Below are positions 21,328 through 32,031 of a stretch of 64,000 nt of DNA, piece after piece; positions within the stretch are counted from its first letter, which is position 1, and each line of letters opens with the position of its first letter. The stretch lies in assembly GCA_023480735.1 (NCBI GenBank), contig JAMCXB010000016.1, positions 576 to 64,575 of the forward strand. The letters are read 5' to 3'. The DNA comes from Bacteroidota bacterium. GTDB lineage: Bacteria; Bacteroidota; Ignavibacteria; Kryptoniales; JAKASW01. The position numbers were made by a program, and so were the translations under genes. The notes below the pieces were generated by a model, which was given only the letters and a program-made list of their open reading frames with translations, had not been told where the DNA came from and did not search any database.

Positions 21328-21405
21328 GTGGGGAAAAAGGTAAAAATTTCTGCTTGACTTTTGGGCGGCATTGGTTAAATTTCCAACGTGGTGGGGAAAA
21401 GTGGG
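21328..21405 (+). promoter_or_regulatory. dcw promoter with putative MraZ boxes
   Basis: GTGGG at 21328, 21391 and 21401 (the last two 10 bp apart); TTGACT at 21354 and TAAATT at 21376. Confidence 0.6.
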
Positions 21406-21460
21406 GAGCTTTCCAGCTTTTCCCAGTGTTTACTAAAAAAATGTGGAAGTTCAGAGGAAG

Positions 21461-21919
21461 ATGTCTTCATTCAAAGGACGGTACGAATACGTCTTAGACT
21501 CCAAGGGAAGGCTCAGTATACCCGCAAAACTGCGCAAGAGCCTCTCCTATGAAGCGAATGATACGTTCGTTGTCACACGCGGAGTCGAGAAATGTCTCTA
21601 CGTTTACCCACTCGATGAATGGCGGCGGCTTGAAGAAAAGCTCCGCTCCCTCAACCAATTTCTGGAGAAGCATAGATACTTCATCAGAACCCTCCTAATG
21701 TGGGCTTCCGAAGAATTTCCTCTGGACTCACAATCGCGTATAACAATTCCCAAAAATTTGCTTGAATTTGCGGAAATCGGGAAAGAGGTCGTTATCATCG
21801 GCGCGCTAGAAAGAATAGAAATTTGGGACCCGAAGACCTTCAACGAATATCTCAATTCCCAGCCTGAAAGCTATGCAAGTGTGGTCGAACAAATTATGGC
21901 AGTGAATGTCATTAAATAA
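21461..21919 (+). CDS. mraZ: Division/cell wall cluster repressor MraZ
   Basis: Duplicated DSKGR / DSQSR motifs; first gene of the dcw cluster. Start ATG 21461. Confidence 0.95.
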   Translation: MSSFKGRYEYVLDSKGRLSIPAKLRKSLSYEANDTFVVTRGVEKCLYVYPLDEWRRLEEKLRSLNQFLEKHRYFIRTLLMWASEEFPLDSQSRITIPKNLLEFAEIGKEVVIIGALERIEIWDPKTFNEYLNSQPESYASVVEQIMAVNVIK

Positions 21920-22836
21920 TGGCTGTTTACCACGAACCTGTCCTATTGAAGGAGAGCATTGATTTCTTGGTTACCGACGTAAGTGGAACCTATGTGGATG
22001 CGACTTTCGGAGGAGGAGGGCACACAAGAGGACTCCTTTCGATACTCAACGCGGATGCGCGTATTATAGGGTTTGATGTCGACGAGAACTCCAGCCGGAT
22101 TGCCGAAGGGTTCTCGTCTTCAGACAGGCGGTTCTCGTTTGTGCACAGAAACTTTTCCGGCATTTCAGAATCTCTGGCCGAAATGGAGACAGGTCCCGTC
22201 AGCGGAGTCCTTTTTGATCTCGGTGTCTCATCTTTCCAGATCGACCACGAAGAGGGGTTCAGCTACAGGCGCGATGAGAAACTTGATATGAGGTTGGACA
22301 AGCGCCTCGAAATCTCGGCGTACGAAGTTGTTAATTCATATACAGCAGATCAGCTCGCAGACGTTTTCTGGAAATACGGCGAGGAGTCTCGTTCGCGGGC
22401 GCTGGCGAGAGCGATCGTGAAAGAGAGGGAGCACGGGCGGATAGAGACGACATTCCGGCTCGGCGAAATCATCGGAAGGATTCTTGGAAAGTCGCCGAAG
22501 ATCCTGTCGAGGATTTTCCAGGCTCTTCGTATCGAGGTTAACAAAGAACTCGATTCGCTGACCGCAGGGCTTGATGCAGCGATTGAAGTAACCGCACGCG
22601 GCGGCAGAGTGGCAGTGATATCCTATCATTCTCTCGAAGACAGAATCGTCAAGGAAAAATTCAGATACGAAGCCGCAACTTGCGTTTGTCCGCCAAGAAC
22701 CATCGTCTGCACTTGCGGAAAGATCGCCAGGCTCAAACAGATAACGCGAAAGCCGATACTGCCGAGCCTTGAGGAGATTCAGATCAATAAAAGGGCACGG
22801 AGTGCGAAGCTGAGAGTCTCCGAAAAGATCGTATGA
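21919..22836 (+). CDS. rsmH: 16S rRNA m4C1402 methyltransferase
   Basis: HEPVLL, DATFGGGGH, DLGVSS, FQALRIEVN, SYHSLED. Confidence 0.97.
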   Translation: MAVYHEPVLLKESIDFLVTDVSGTYVDATFGGGGHTRGLLSILNADARIIGFDVDENSSRIAEGFSSSDRRFSFVHRNFSGISESLAEMETGPVSGVLFDLGVSSFQIDHEEGFSYRRDEKLDMRLDKRLEISAYEVVNSYTADQLADVFWKYGEESRSRALARAIVKEREHGRIETTFRLGEIIGRILGKSPKILSRIFQALRIEVNKELDSLTAGLDAAIEVTARGGRVAVISYHSLEDRIVKEKFRYEAATCVCPPRTIVCTCGKIARLKQITRKPILPSLEEIQINKRARSAKLRVSEKIV

Positions 22837-23237
22837 GTAAAGAATTGAAGAAATCGCAACAGATCCCGGAACCCGCGGAGCAGGTGGAGGGGGAGCAAAA
22901 GCGCCGGACAAAATCTTCCTCTCCCAGAGTATCCCAATTCATACTGATACTCGCAGGGATCGTTGGAGTACTCCTCTTGATCGTAAATGACAGTGTGACC
23001 GTCGACAGGTTTGTATCGGAGATTAGTTCGCTTGATTCAACTTACAGCGATTTGAAGATTCAAAACGACTCTCTTCAGGCGGAATTAATGAGGCTCTCGA
23101 GTGCCGAGAGGATCACGCGCATAGCTTCCCAGAGGCTGGGCTTCGTGTACAGCTCCAGAACACTGGAGCAGATTCAGGTCGACAAGAACAAGCTGGAGCA
23201 GGCTGAAAAAGAAGATGCAAGAGACAGCACGAAATAA
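22833..23237 (+). CDS. ftsL: Cell division protein FtsL-like
   Basis: One TM helix plus coiled coil with ERITRIA; lies between rsmH and ftsI. Confidence 0.75.
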   Translation: MSKELKKSQQIPEPAEQVEGEQKRRTKSSSPRVSQFILILAGIVGVLLLIVNDSVTVDRFVSEISSLDSTYSDLKIQNDSLQAELMRLSSAERITRIASQRLGFVYSSRTLEQIQVDKNKLEQAEKEDARDSTK

Positions 23238-25443
23238 TTCGAAGGATGCACGCCGACGTGTAAGTTACCAGAGCCGGGTGAATTTCCTGCGGGTGGTGTT
23301 TTCGTTGTTGTTCATCGCCATCGTCGTGAAGCTTGCCATCGTCCAGGGAGTGAGGGGTGCATATTACCATCGGGTCGCCCAGGAGCAGTATGAAAGCAGG
23401 GTCACTCTCCGAGCCGACCGGGGTTTGATATATGACAGAAACGGAAACCTGATAGTCTCGAACACCTACGGATATTCATATGCGGCAGACCCTGAACTTC
23501 TTCACTCCCAGGAGAAAGCCAGGATTGCGAAAAAATTTTCCTCCGTGTTTGGTTTGCCCGTCTCCTTTTTCATGGACAAGCTGAAAACGGACTCGAAATT
23601 TGTGTGGCTTGCCCGGGATATCAGCCAGGATCAGGCCTCGGCCCTTCAGGATTTCAATGTTTATGGCCTTATTCGCCTTAAGGACCAGCAAAGGCTTTAT
23701 CCTTACGGTTCCGCCGCCGGTCAGGTACTGGGGTTCATAAATGTGGATGGAAAAGGCGCGAGCGGCGTCGAGCTGGAGTTTGATTCTCTTCTCGCCGGCA
23801 AAAACGGCTACGAAATCATGCAGGTCGACGGCATAGGAAGGAAAACACCTTCTATAGACTATCCGAAAGTAAACCCTACTCCGGGGTCCAACATCCAGCT
23901 GACAATTGATATGAATATTCAGCAGATCGTGGAGCAGGAGTTAGCAGCCGGGGTGGAAAAAGCGAAGGCGGAGTCGGCCTCCGCCGTGTTCATGAATCCG
24001 TACACCGGTGAAATACTCGCGATGGCGAACTATCCGTCGTTCGATCCTTCGAACTATGACAAACTCCCATACAATGATTCGCGCGACAGGGCAATAACCG
24101 ATGTTTATGAGCCGGGTTCGACTTTCAAGGTGGTTACCGCATCCGCAGCACTTGAGGAGGGAATCGAGAGTCCGAACGACATGATCTTCGCCGATAACGG
24201 GGGTTATTCCTATTACGGGACGGTGATCCGGGACTTCGAGCCTGCGGGCTGGATTACATTCAGGCGGGCGCTTGAGCTGTCAAGCAATGTTGCCTTCTCA
24301 AAGATCGGAAGAAAGATCGGAGCCGACAAGTTTTACAGATATGCAAGGGATTTCGGGTTTGGGGCCCCAACCGGAATTACGCTGCCGGGAGAAGTGCCCG
24401 GAGAATTGCAGAAGCCTTATGAGTGGTCGAAGGTCGCCCTTCCTTTTATGTCGTTCGGTTACGGAGTAATGGTGACGACGCTCCAGATGGCGCAGGCCTA
24501 TGCGGCTATCGCGAACGGCGGCGTACTCATGAGACCCTATATAGTGGAGAAGATCACCGACGCGAACGGGAAGGTGCTGTTCCAAAACTCGCCGATGGAG
24601 ATAAGACGTGTAGTGACGCCGGGTGTCGACCAGACGCTGAACGGTATGTTTGTCGACGTCGTCGAGCACGGGACGGGGCGGGAAGCCCAGATGAAGGATG
24701 TCCTGGTTGCAGGAAAAACCGGGACCGCGCAACTCCTCGTGGACGGCAAGTACTCGAAGAAATATTATCACGCGTCCTTCGTGGGATATTTCCCGGTTCC
24801 CAATCCGATGATAGTCGGCTATATCATGGTCGACTCTCCGTTGAATGGTTACACCGGAGGAATCGTGTCGGCACCGATCTTCAAAAGGATCGCAACTCGC
24901 ATTTACGGCATCATGCAGCGCAAGGCCGTGAACATGTCCAACGCGGGCGAAAGACTGGTCTACGAGAGTCGCGGCGGTTCGCTTCCGTCATCGACTGTCG
25001 GGCAGGAGGCTGAAAGCGAAAATCAGGCAAATACTGTAGTTGATCCTTCGGGGCTTATAAGGGTTCCGGATGTGACGTACCTCGACCGCCGTTCGGCGAT
25101 CGCCATTCTGAGAGGAGTCGGTCTGACGACTTCGGTGTCGGGTGGCGATCACTACATTGTACAGGCCGAAAAGCCATCTGCAGGTGCTATGGTTCAAAAA
25201 GGTTCGACGGTTCATCTCGCTCTTACAGACGCGAGACGGATTGACAGGATGCCGAATTTTCTCGGTGCAAACGTCAGGAAAGCCGCGACCTTTTTCCTCT
25301 CCGCCGGTATCTCATTTCACGTCATCGGCAGTGGAAAAATCGTACGGCAGGTTCCCGGTCCGGGAACTCCCATCGACAGGAAAATTACAGTAACTATTAA
25401 CTGTGAAGATAAAGAATTCGACATCTCAGGGCTCTTCAGATGA
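23215..25443 (+). CDS. ftsI: Division transpeptidase PBP3 with PASTA domains
   Basis: RGLIYDRNG, EPGSTFK, SSN, KTGTAQ and two PASTA repeats. Confidence 0.95.
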   Translation: MQETARNNSKDARRRVSYQSRVNFLRVVFSLLFIAIVVKLAIVQGVRGAYYHRVAQEQYESRVTLRADRGLIYDRNGNLIVSNTYGYSYAADPELLHSQEKARIAKKFSSVFGLPVSFFMDKLKTDSKFVWLARDISQDQASALQDFNVYGLIRLKDQQRLYPYGSAAGQVLGFINVDGKGASGVELEFDSLLAGKNGYEIMQVDGIGRKTPSIDYPKVNPTPGSNIQLTIDMNIQQIVEQELAAGVEKAKAESASAVFMNPYTGEILAMANYPSFDPSNYDKLPYNDSRDRAITDVYEPGSTFKVVTASAALEEGIESPNDMIFADNGGYSYYGTVIRDFEPAGWITFRRALELSSNVAFSKIGRKIGADKFYRYARDFGFGAPTGITLPGEVPGELQKPYEWSKVALPFMSFGYGVMVTTLQMAQAYAAIANGGVLMRPYIVEKITDANGKVLFQNSPMEIRRVVTPGVDQTLNGMFVDVVEHGTGREAQMKDVLVAGKTGTAQLLVDGKYSKKYYHASFVGYFPVPNPMIVGYIMVDSPLNGYTGGIVSAPIFKRIATRIYGIMQRKAVNMSNAGERLVYESRGGSLPSSTVGQEAESENQANTVVDPSGLIRVPDVTYLDRRSAIAILRGVGLTTSVSGGDHYIVQAEKPSAGAMVQKGSTVHLALTDARRIDRMPNFLGANVRKAATFFLSAGISFHVIGSGKIVRQVPGPGTPIDRKITVTINCEDKEFDISGLFR

Positions 25444-26933
25444 AGCTCAGCGAACTAATCAGGAACATTTCAGTGACTGAAATCGTCGGCGAGGCGGAAG
25501 TAGAGATTACCGACATTCAGTATGACTCCCGGAAAGTTACTGGAGGTTCCTTGTTCATTGCGTTGAAGGGCACGCAATTCGACGGGCACCGCTTTATAGT
25601 GGATGCAATAAGTAGCGGCGCGAGCGCGGTCGCGGTCGAGGACAACAGTATCGTCAATGACGACTACTTCCTCTCTCACCACACCACCAAACTAGTTGTT
25701 CCCAATACCCGCCGCGCTCTGGCGCTTCTCTCGGCAAACCTATTTAACCATCCCGCCAATCGCCTGAAATTAGTCGGCATAACAGGCACGAACGGAAAAA
25801 CGACCTCTACCTATCTGATCAAGTCGGTAATGAAATCCGCAGGCGAGAAGGTCCTCCTGGTAGGTACCATCGACTACCTTCTCGATGATCAGCCTTTCGA
25901 GCAGGCGACGCATACTACTCCCGAATCGCTCGATCTCAATCGTATGATGGCTTCGGCGGTTGAGCGCAAGGCTACCTGCGCCGTGATGGAGGTATCTTCT
26001 CATTCCCTCGTAATGGACAGGGTTTACGGCGTTCCGTTCAATGTCGCAGTCTTCACAAATTTGACGCAGGACCACCTGGATTTCCACAAGACGATGGAAG
26101 AGTATTTCAGGGCAAAGAAAGTGCTCTTCGACGATCTATTGCCCAATGCGTTTGCGGTGTCAAATCTCGACGACGAGTACGGCCGCAGGATTGTTGCGGA
26201 TACCCGTGCACGAAAGGTTTTCTACGGATTCGACAGTAATGCCGACTTCTGCATCGTAAGATCGAGTTTCGGCGAGGAAGGGACATTGGTCGTTATTAGT
26301 TACCAGGGGAAGGAATTCTTGATAACCTCGAGGCTGGTCGGGAAATTCAACGCCTACAATCTTGCGGCCTCATTTGCCGCCGCGGTGATGATGGGATATG
26401 ACGGCAAAGCTGCCGCTGACGCTTTGAGCGGCGTTGAAATGGTAAAGGGGCGATTTGAGCGCGTCGATTCGGGAAAAGGCTTCCTGGTAGTCGTGGATTA
26501 TGCCCACAGCCCGGATTCACTCCAGAAGACACTCCAGGCAGCGAAGGAGATCCTTCAGGCATCTGGAAAGAACGGCAGGCTCGTCACCGTCTTCGGATGC
26601 GGAGGGAACCGCGACCGCGGAAAGCGGCCCAAGATGGGAAAGATTGCGGAGGATTTAAGCGACATGGTTATCGTGACGTCGGATAATCCTCGTGATGAAG
26701 ACCCGGGTGCGATTGTCGACGAGATACTTGCCGGGATGACGCAAAGAGATAACGCAGTCCTGCGAATCGTAGACAGGCGTGAAGCTATCCGTGAGAGTGT
26801 GCGACTTGCTCGCGAGAACGACATCGTCGTTATTGCGGGAAAGGGACATGAACAGTACCAGGAGATAAAAGGAGTCAGGCACCATTTTGACGACAGGGAA
26901 GAAGTGGAAAAAGTGTTGGGGCTGAGAAGTTGA
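25440..26933 (+). CDS. murE: UDP-MurNAc-tripeptide synthetase (mDAP type)
   Basis: GTNGKT, TTPE, DYAH, DNPR. Confidence 0.97.
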   Translation: MKLSELIRNISVTEIVGEAEVEITDIQYDSRKVTGGSLFIALKGTQFDGHRFIVDAISSGASAVAVEDNSIVNDDYFLSHHTTKLVVPNTRRALALLSANLFNHPANRLKLVGITGTNGKTTSTYLIKSVMKSAGEKVLLVGTIDYLLDDQPFEQATHTTPESLDLNRMMASAVERKATCAVMEVSSHSLVMDRVYGVPFNVAVFTNLTQDHLDFHKTMEEYFRAKKVLFDDLLPNAFAVSNLDDEYGRRIVADTRARKVFYGFDSNADFCIVRSSFGEEGTLVVISYQGKEFLITSRLVGKFNAYNLAASFAAAVMMGYDGKAAADALSGVEMVKGRFERVDSGKGFLVVVDYAHSPDSLQKTLQAAKEILQASGKNGRLVTVFGCGGNRDRGKRPKMGKIAEDLSDMVIVTSDNPRDEDPGAIVDEILAGMTQRDNAVLRIVDRREAIRESVRLARENDIVVIAGKGHEQYQEIKGVRHHFDDREEVEKVLGLRS

Positions 26934-28342
26934 TCGGAATTCAGGACATACTCGCCTTGCCAAACGCCGAATTTCTGAATTTGAATTTCAAGGGAGCAAA
27001 ATCTGTCTCGACCGACTCCCGCGTGGTTTCAGCCGGGCAAGTGTTCTTTGCCCTGCGGGGAGAAAAGTTCGACGGACATAATTTCGTTTCCGATGCAGTC
27101 AAAAGAGGAGCTTCTTGCGCGGTCGTCGACAGAAAATGGCTGCGGAGAAACAAGCGGCTTGCAGGAATTCTCCCGCTGGTCGCGGTTGATGACACGACCG
27201 CGGCGCTCGGAGACCTGGCAAGGATTTACAGACGCAAGTTCGGTATGCCCGTGATAGCGGTAGGCGGCTCCAACGGGAAGACGACAACCAAGGAGATGAT
27301 TGCAAAGGTTCTCGGGAGGAAATTCAGGGTCGCGAAAACCCTCGGGAATCATAATAACCAGGTGGGAGTTCCGCAGACTATTTTTGGATTTAAGAAATCA
27401 CATGACGTCGCGGTGGTCGAAATAGGCACGAACCATTTCGGGGAGATCGAGAGGCTATGTAGGATTCTCGAACCCGACGCCGGTCTCATTACGAATATCG
27501 GCAGCGAACACCTGGAATTTTTCAAGAGTATAAGCGGCGTCAGGCGGGAGGAAGGTAAGCTTTTCGAGTTCTTGCGAAGTACCAGGGGCATTGCATTCAC
27601 CAACGTCGATGACAAGAACCTGGCGGATATGTCGAAAAAGATGAGGTTGAAATTTACATACGGTTTTCAAAACCGGTCTCATCGGAATTTGCGGGCACGC
27701 CTTTTCGGCTTTGACAGGCGGGGCTGTGCTCTGTTCGAGATGGAGTATAATGGAAGGACAGAGCTTGTCCACTTGAACGTTCCGGGAATTCATAACGCAA
27801 TAAATGCCCTGGCGGCTGCTGCGGTCGGATTTCATTTCGGGATCGACGGGGCGAACATAAAAAGGGCCCTTGACCGCTACAGATCCTACGAAAAGCGAAT
27901 GCAGATTATGAAAGTAGGCGGAGTTACAATTCTGAACGACACCTATAATTCAAATCCCGATTCGGCGATTGAAGCACTCAAATGGTTGTCGATGGTTCGT
28001 GCCAGCGGAAGAAGAATAGCTGTGCTGGCAGACATGCTGGAGCTCGGAGATTCTTCCGGGCGTGAGCATCAGAGAATCGGGAAACAGGCAGCTAAGGGAG
28101 GAGTAGATTTTCTCTTCACTTTCGGAAAAATGGCACTTGAGATTGCTGCGGGAGCCGGCAGCTCTGCTGCGGGGGATGGGTTGGAAACGGAATCCTTCGA
28201 CAAAAAAGAGAAACTCTCCGGCCGTCTTGCGCGCATGGTTTCCGCCGGGGACGTCGTGCTGGTGAAAGGATCTCGCGGAATGAAGATGGAAGAAATAGTG
28301 AATGCGCTCCAAAACGAACTTCGGATGGGAGGTGTTCGTTAG
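26930..28342 (+). CDS. murF: UDP-MurNAc-pentapeptide synthetase
   Basis: GSNGKTTTKEM, NDTYNSNP, VKGSRG. Confidence 0.96.
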   Translation: MIGIQDILALPNAEFLNLNFKGAKSVSTDSRVVSAGQVFFALRGEKFDGHNFVSDAVKRGASCAVVDRKWLRRNKRLAGILPLVAVDDTTAALGDLARIYRRKFGMPVIAVGGSNGKTTTKEMIAKVLGRKFRVAKTLGNHNNQVGVPQTIFGFKKSHDVAVVEIGTNHFGEIERLCRILEPDAGLITNIGSEHLEFFKSISGVRREEGKLFEFLRSTRGIAFTNVDDKNLADMSKKMRLKFTYGFQNRSHRNLRARLFGFDRRGCALFEMEYNGRTELVHLNVPGIHNAINALAAAAVGFHFGIDGANIKRALDRYRSYEKRMQIMKVGGVTILNDTYNSNPDSAIEALKWLSMVRASGRRIAVLADMLELGDSSGREHQRIGKQAAKGGVDFLFTFGKMALEIAAGAGSSAAGDGLETESFDKKEKLSGRLARMVSAGDVVLVKGSRGMKMEEIVNALQNELRMGGVR

Positions 28343-29451
28343 TGCTTTATTATTTGTTCGATCTGCTGGAAAGACAATTCCATCCACCGGGATTCGGGTT
28401 GTTCAGGTACATCACATTTCGTTCTGCTCTCGCTGCAATAACGGCGCTGATGATCAGCTTCATCATCGGTCCGATCGTCATCAGGAAGCTTCATAAGCAT
28501 CAGATTGGCGAACAGGCAAAAGTCGAAGGACCCAAGTCTCATCTTTCTAAGGCTGGGACGCCGACGATGGGCGGGCTCATTATTCTCGGATCGGTTATAA
28601 TCCCGCTCCTGCTCTGGGGAGACTTGGCAAATTCTTATGTGCTACTCATACTCCTTATAACTATCTGGCTCGGGATTCTCGGCTTCGCGGACGACTACCT
28701 GAAGGTAATCAGGAAAAAGAAGAAGGGGCTTATCGCACGCTACAAGCTGATCGGCCAAATTATGATCGGACTGATAATCGGATCCATCCTTTTCTTCTCT
28801 CCGCAGTTCGCACCCTTTAACTCGTTAACGACCGTTCCATTTGTCAAGAATCTAAATTTCGATTATTCAATCTTCTATATACCAGTAGTGGTATTCATAA
28901 TAACTGCGACTTCGAATGCGGTGAATTTGACTGACGGTCTCGACGGTCTCGCCATAGGGACGGTCGGCATCACGGCTCTCACTCTCGCATTAATGTGCTA
29001 CGTCTCGGGCAACATCGATTTTAGCCGTTATCTAAACATTATATACCTGCGCGGCTCGGGTGAGCTTGCAGTCTATTGCTCCGCACTCGTCGGAGCGTCG
29101 CTCGGGTTCCTGTGGTATAATGCTTATCCGGCCCAGGTTTTCATGGGAGACACCGGTTCTCTAGCACTGGGCGGCGCGATTGCGGGAGTCTCGGTGATGA
29201 TCAAGAAGGAGCTGGTGCTTCCGATTCTGGGTGGAATATTCCTCGCAGAAGCATTGTCGGTAATAATCCAGAGGATGTATTTCAAGTATACCAAGAGAAA
29301 ATATGGGGAGGGCCGCCGCGTTTTCAAAATGGCTCCCCTTCATCATCATTTCGAACTCGATGGCATTTCTGAGCCGAAGATCGTTACTCGCTTCTACATC
29401 ATCGGGATACTCCTGGCAATCCTCAGTCTAACGACTTTCAAGGTGAGATGA
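28342..29451 (+). CDS. mraY: Phospho-MurNAc-pentapeptide transferase
   Basis: KAGTPTMGG, NLTDGLDGL, FMGDTGS, APLHHHFE. Confidence 0.98.
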   Translation: MLYYLFDLLERQFHPPGFGLFRYITFRSALAAITALMISFIIGPIVIRKLHKHQIGEQAKVEGPKSHLSKAGTPTMGGLIILGSVIIPLLLWGDLANSYVLLILLITIWLGILGFADDYLKVIRKKKKGLIARYKLIGQIMIGLIIGSILFFSPQFAPFNSLTTVPFVKNLNFDYSIFYIPVVVFIITATSNAVNLTDGLDGLAIGTVGITALTLALMCYVSGNIDFSRYLNIIYLRGSGELAVYCSALVGASLGFLWYNAYPAQVFMGDTGSLALGGAIAGVSVMIKKELVLPILGGIFLAEALSVIIQRMYFKYTKRKYGEGRRVFKMAPLHHHFELDGISEPKIVTRFYIIGILLAILSLTTFKVR

Positions 29452-29452
29452 T

Positions 29453-30808
29453 TTGAGCGCCCCTGTTAAAATAGAATCCGTGAGAGTGTCGGTGCTCGGC
29501 GCCGCGCGGAGCGGTATCGCCGTTGCCAGACTTCTCCAGTCGCAGGGTGCCGCCGTGTTCGTTAGCGATAGGAAGCCAAGGGAAGAAGCGGCAGAACAGG
29601 TCCAGGCGCTGGAAAAACTCGGAGTACCCTTCGAATTCGGAGCTCATTCAGACAGGGTGTTCGATGCGGACTTCATCGTGATAAGCCCCGGCGTGCCGTC
29701 GAATACGAATCTCGTTCAACATGCGTTGAAAGTCGGGTTGAATATTTACAGCGAAATCGAGGTCGCTTCCTGGTTCTGCCGCGCTCCTATAGTTGCGATA
29801 ACCGGTTCGAACGGAAAGACCACTACAACTTCGCTTACCGGAAGGATGTTTGAAAAGGCGGGAAGGAAAACTGTGGTCGTCGGTAACATCGGCATTCCTA
29901 TATCTGACTACGTGCTTGATGCCGGCGAGGATTCCGTTGTTGTGGCTGAGGTATCGAGTTTCCAGTTGGACCACATCTCTACGTTTAAGCCGAAGACTGC
30001 GGTGCTCCTCAACATTACACCCGACCACCTCGACAGGTACGAAAACTACCAGGCGTATATGAACGCAAAGTTCAAGGTGTTCATGAATCAGTCCGCGGAT
30101 GATTTTTCCATCTACAATCACGACGATGGTCCGGTGAGGCTGCACTGTGATGGATTGTCGTCAACTCGCTTACCGTTCAGCGTCAAAGATAAATTGCCGC
30201 AGGGCGCGTTTGCTGAAGACGGGAAAGTGTATCTGGTAGAAGGGGCGAAGCGGGTTTTATTAATAGACTCGACAGAAATCAGGATCCGAGGCGTACACAA
30301 TCTTTACAATTCGATTGCATCAGCACTCGCAGCGAGGTCACTCGGAGTGCCTCTTGAGGTCATAGCAGATACGCTTTGTGAGTTTCCGGGCGTCGAGCAT
30401 CGGCTTGAACCTGTGCGGGAACTGGATGAAGTGAAATATGTAAACGATTCGAAGGCGACAAATGTCGATGCGGTCTGGTACGCTCTCGGAAGCTTCGATT
30501 CGCCGATAGTCTTGATCGCAGGAGGAAAGGATAAGGGCAACGATTATTCGCCCCTGTTCGAACTCGTAAAGAAGAAAGTACGGGCGATGATCCTCATCGG
30601 GCAAGCGGCTGCAAAGATGCAGAAAGAATTCTCCGACAAGACAAAGTGCATCATGGCGACGTCGATGGAAGATGCCGTCCTGAAGGCCCGCCGGGAGGCG
30701 ATGAGAGGTGATGTCGTGCTTCTCTCGCCGGCATGCGCAAGTTTTGACATGTTTCAGGATTACGAGCATAGAGGAAGAGAGTTCAAACGATTGGTGGGCG
30801 AACTGTGA
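29453..30808 (+). CDS. murD: UDP-MurNAc-L-Ala:D-Glu ligase
   Basis: ISPGVP, GSNGKTT, NDSKATN, SPACASFD. Confidence 0.97.
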   Translation: MSAPVKIESVRVSVLGAARSGIAVARLLQSQGAAVFVSDRKPREEAAEQVQALEKLGVPFEFGAHSDRVFDADFIVISPGVPSNTNLVQHALKVGLNIYSEIEVASWFCRAPIVAITGSNGKTTTTSLTGRMFEKAGRKTVVVGNIGIPISDYVLDAGEDSVVVAEVSSFQLDHISTFKPKTAVLLNITPDHLDRYENYQAYMNAKFKVFMNQSADDFSIYNHDDGPVRLHCDGLSSTRLPFSVKDKLPQGAFAEDGKVYLVEGAKRVLLIDSTEIRIRGVHNLYNSIASALAARSLGVPLEVIADTLCEFPGVEHRLEPVRELDEVKYVNDSKATNVDAVWYALGSFDSPIVLIAGGKDKGNDYSPLFELVKKKVRAMILIGQAAAKMQKEFSDKTKCIMATSMEDAVLKARREAMRGDVVLLSPACASFDMFQDYEHRGREFKRLVGEL

Positions 30809-32031
30809 GCCGGACAGCGACAAATCAATCTGAAATCGTCTCCCGGACTTCCGGTTCGGGAAAGTCTCAGACGAAACCGGCGGATAAATTGTTCCTGTTT
30901 GCCGTGCTCTCGCTAATGTTCATGAGCCTCGTCGTCGTTTACAGCGCCAGCGCGTTCTGGTCGGAGCTTAAGTTTCAGAATCCTGCCTACTTGCTCAGGA
31001 GTCATTTGTTCAAGGTCGCCACGGGAGTCATTCTGATTTTCTTTGTAGCAAAATTCGACTATCACAAATACCAGAAATATGCGCTTCATCTTCTGGTGAT
31101 TTCAGGATCTCTCCTGATTATTGCGATGGGTCAGAGAGTCGTCATTAAGGGCGCGTCTCGCTGGATCCATCTTGGAATTTTCAGCTTCGAACCGTCTGAG
31201 ATTGCGCGAATTGCGATTTTGTTCTTTGTAGCGGCATATCTTGCCGAGAGTTTCGATAAACTGGATGATTACAGGAGTCTTTTCCGGCCAATTGCCGCCA
31301 CCGGAATAATAACCGGTTTGATAGTTTTGCAGCCGAATTTCAGCACTGCACTAATGATATTTGCAGTCGTCGGAGTCTTGCTCGTGGCCGGCGGAGTGAG
31401 GAAGAGGCATCTGGCGGCGCTTGTTCTTACCGCGGTCGTGCTTGGCGTTGGAGTTATGATGCTTCAGTCTTACCGCGTTGCGAGGGTTGAATCCTGGCTC
31501 CATCACGGCTCCGGCAACTATCAGGTTCACCAATCGATAATAGGCTTCGGCAACGGTGGCATACTCGGAGTCGGGCCCGGAAACAGCAAGCAGAGGAATC
31601 TCTTCTTACCGGAATCCTATGGAGACTTCATATACTCCATTATCGGCGAGGAATACGGACTCTGGGGGTCGGTTCTCGTGATGCTCATATTCCTGTTCAT
31701 CGCTTTCCGGGGAACTGCAATCGCCAAACGTGCGCCCGACCGGTTCGGATTTCTCCTTGCCACGGGGATAACCAGCGCGATTTGTCTTTATGCGTTTATA
31801 AATGCAGGTGTGGCCATCGGGCTTTTCCCCACGACCGGGCTGCCCATGCCGTTCATCAGCTACGGCGGGACAGCCATGATAGTTAATTCCATGGCGGCAG
31901 GAGTTCTTCTCAACGTATCCAAGCAGATTCCTGCTGCTGCGGAGAGCGAAGTTGCCGGTCAGAAGTTGAAGGAAGTCCGCAGGCCGGTGGCTAAGAACAG
32001 CGATCCAGTCGTGGGAAGGATATACAGCTGA
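30805..32031 (+). CDS. ftsW: SEDS peptidoglycan polymerase FtsW
   Basis: VYSAS, GASRWI, LPESYGDFI, PFISYGG. Confidence 0.94.
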   Translation: MSRTATNQSEIVSRTSGSGKSQTKPADKLFLFAVLSLMFMSLVVVYSASAFWSELKFQNPAYLLRSHLFKVATGVILIFFVAKFDYHKYQKYALHLLVISGSLLIIAMGQRVVIKGASRWIHLGIFSFEPSEIARIAILFFVAAYLAESFDKLDDYRSLFRPIAATGIITGLIVLQPNFSTALMIFAVVGVLLVAGGVRKRHLAALVLTAVVLGVGVMMLQSYRVARVESWLHHGSGNYQVHQSIIGFGNGGILGVGPGNSKQRNLFLPESYGDFIYSIIGEEYGLWGSVLVMLIFLFIAFRGTAIAKRAPDRFGFLLATGITSAICLYAFINAGVAIGLFPTTGLPMPFISYGGTAMIVNSMAAGVLLNVSKQIPAAAESEVAGQKLKEVRRPVAKNSDPVVGRIYS

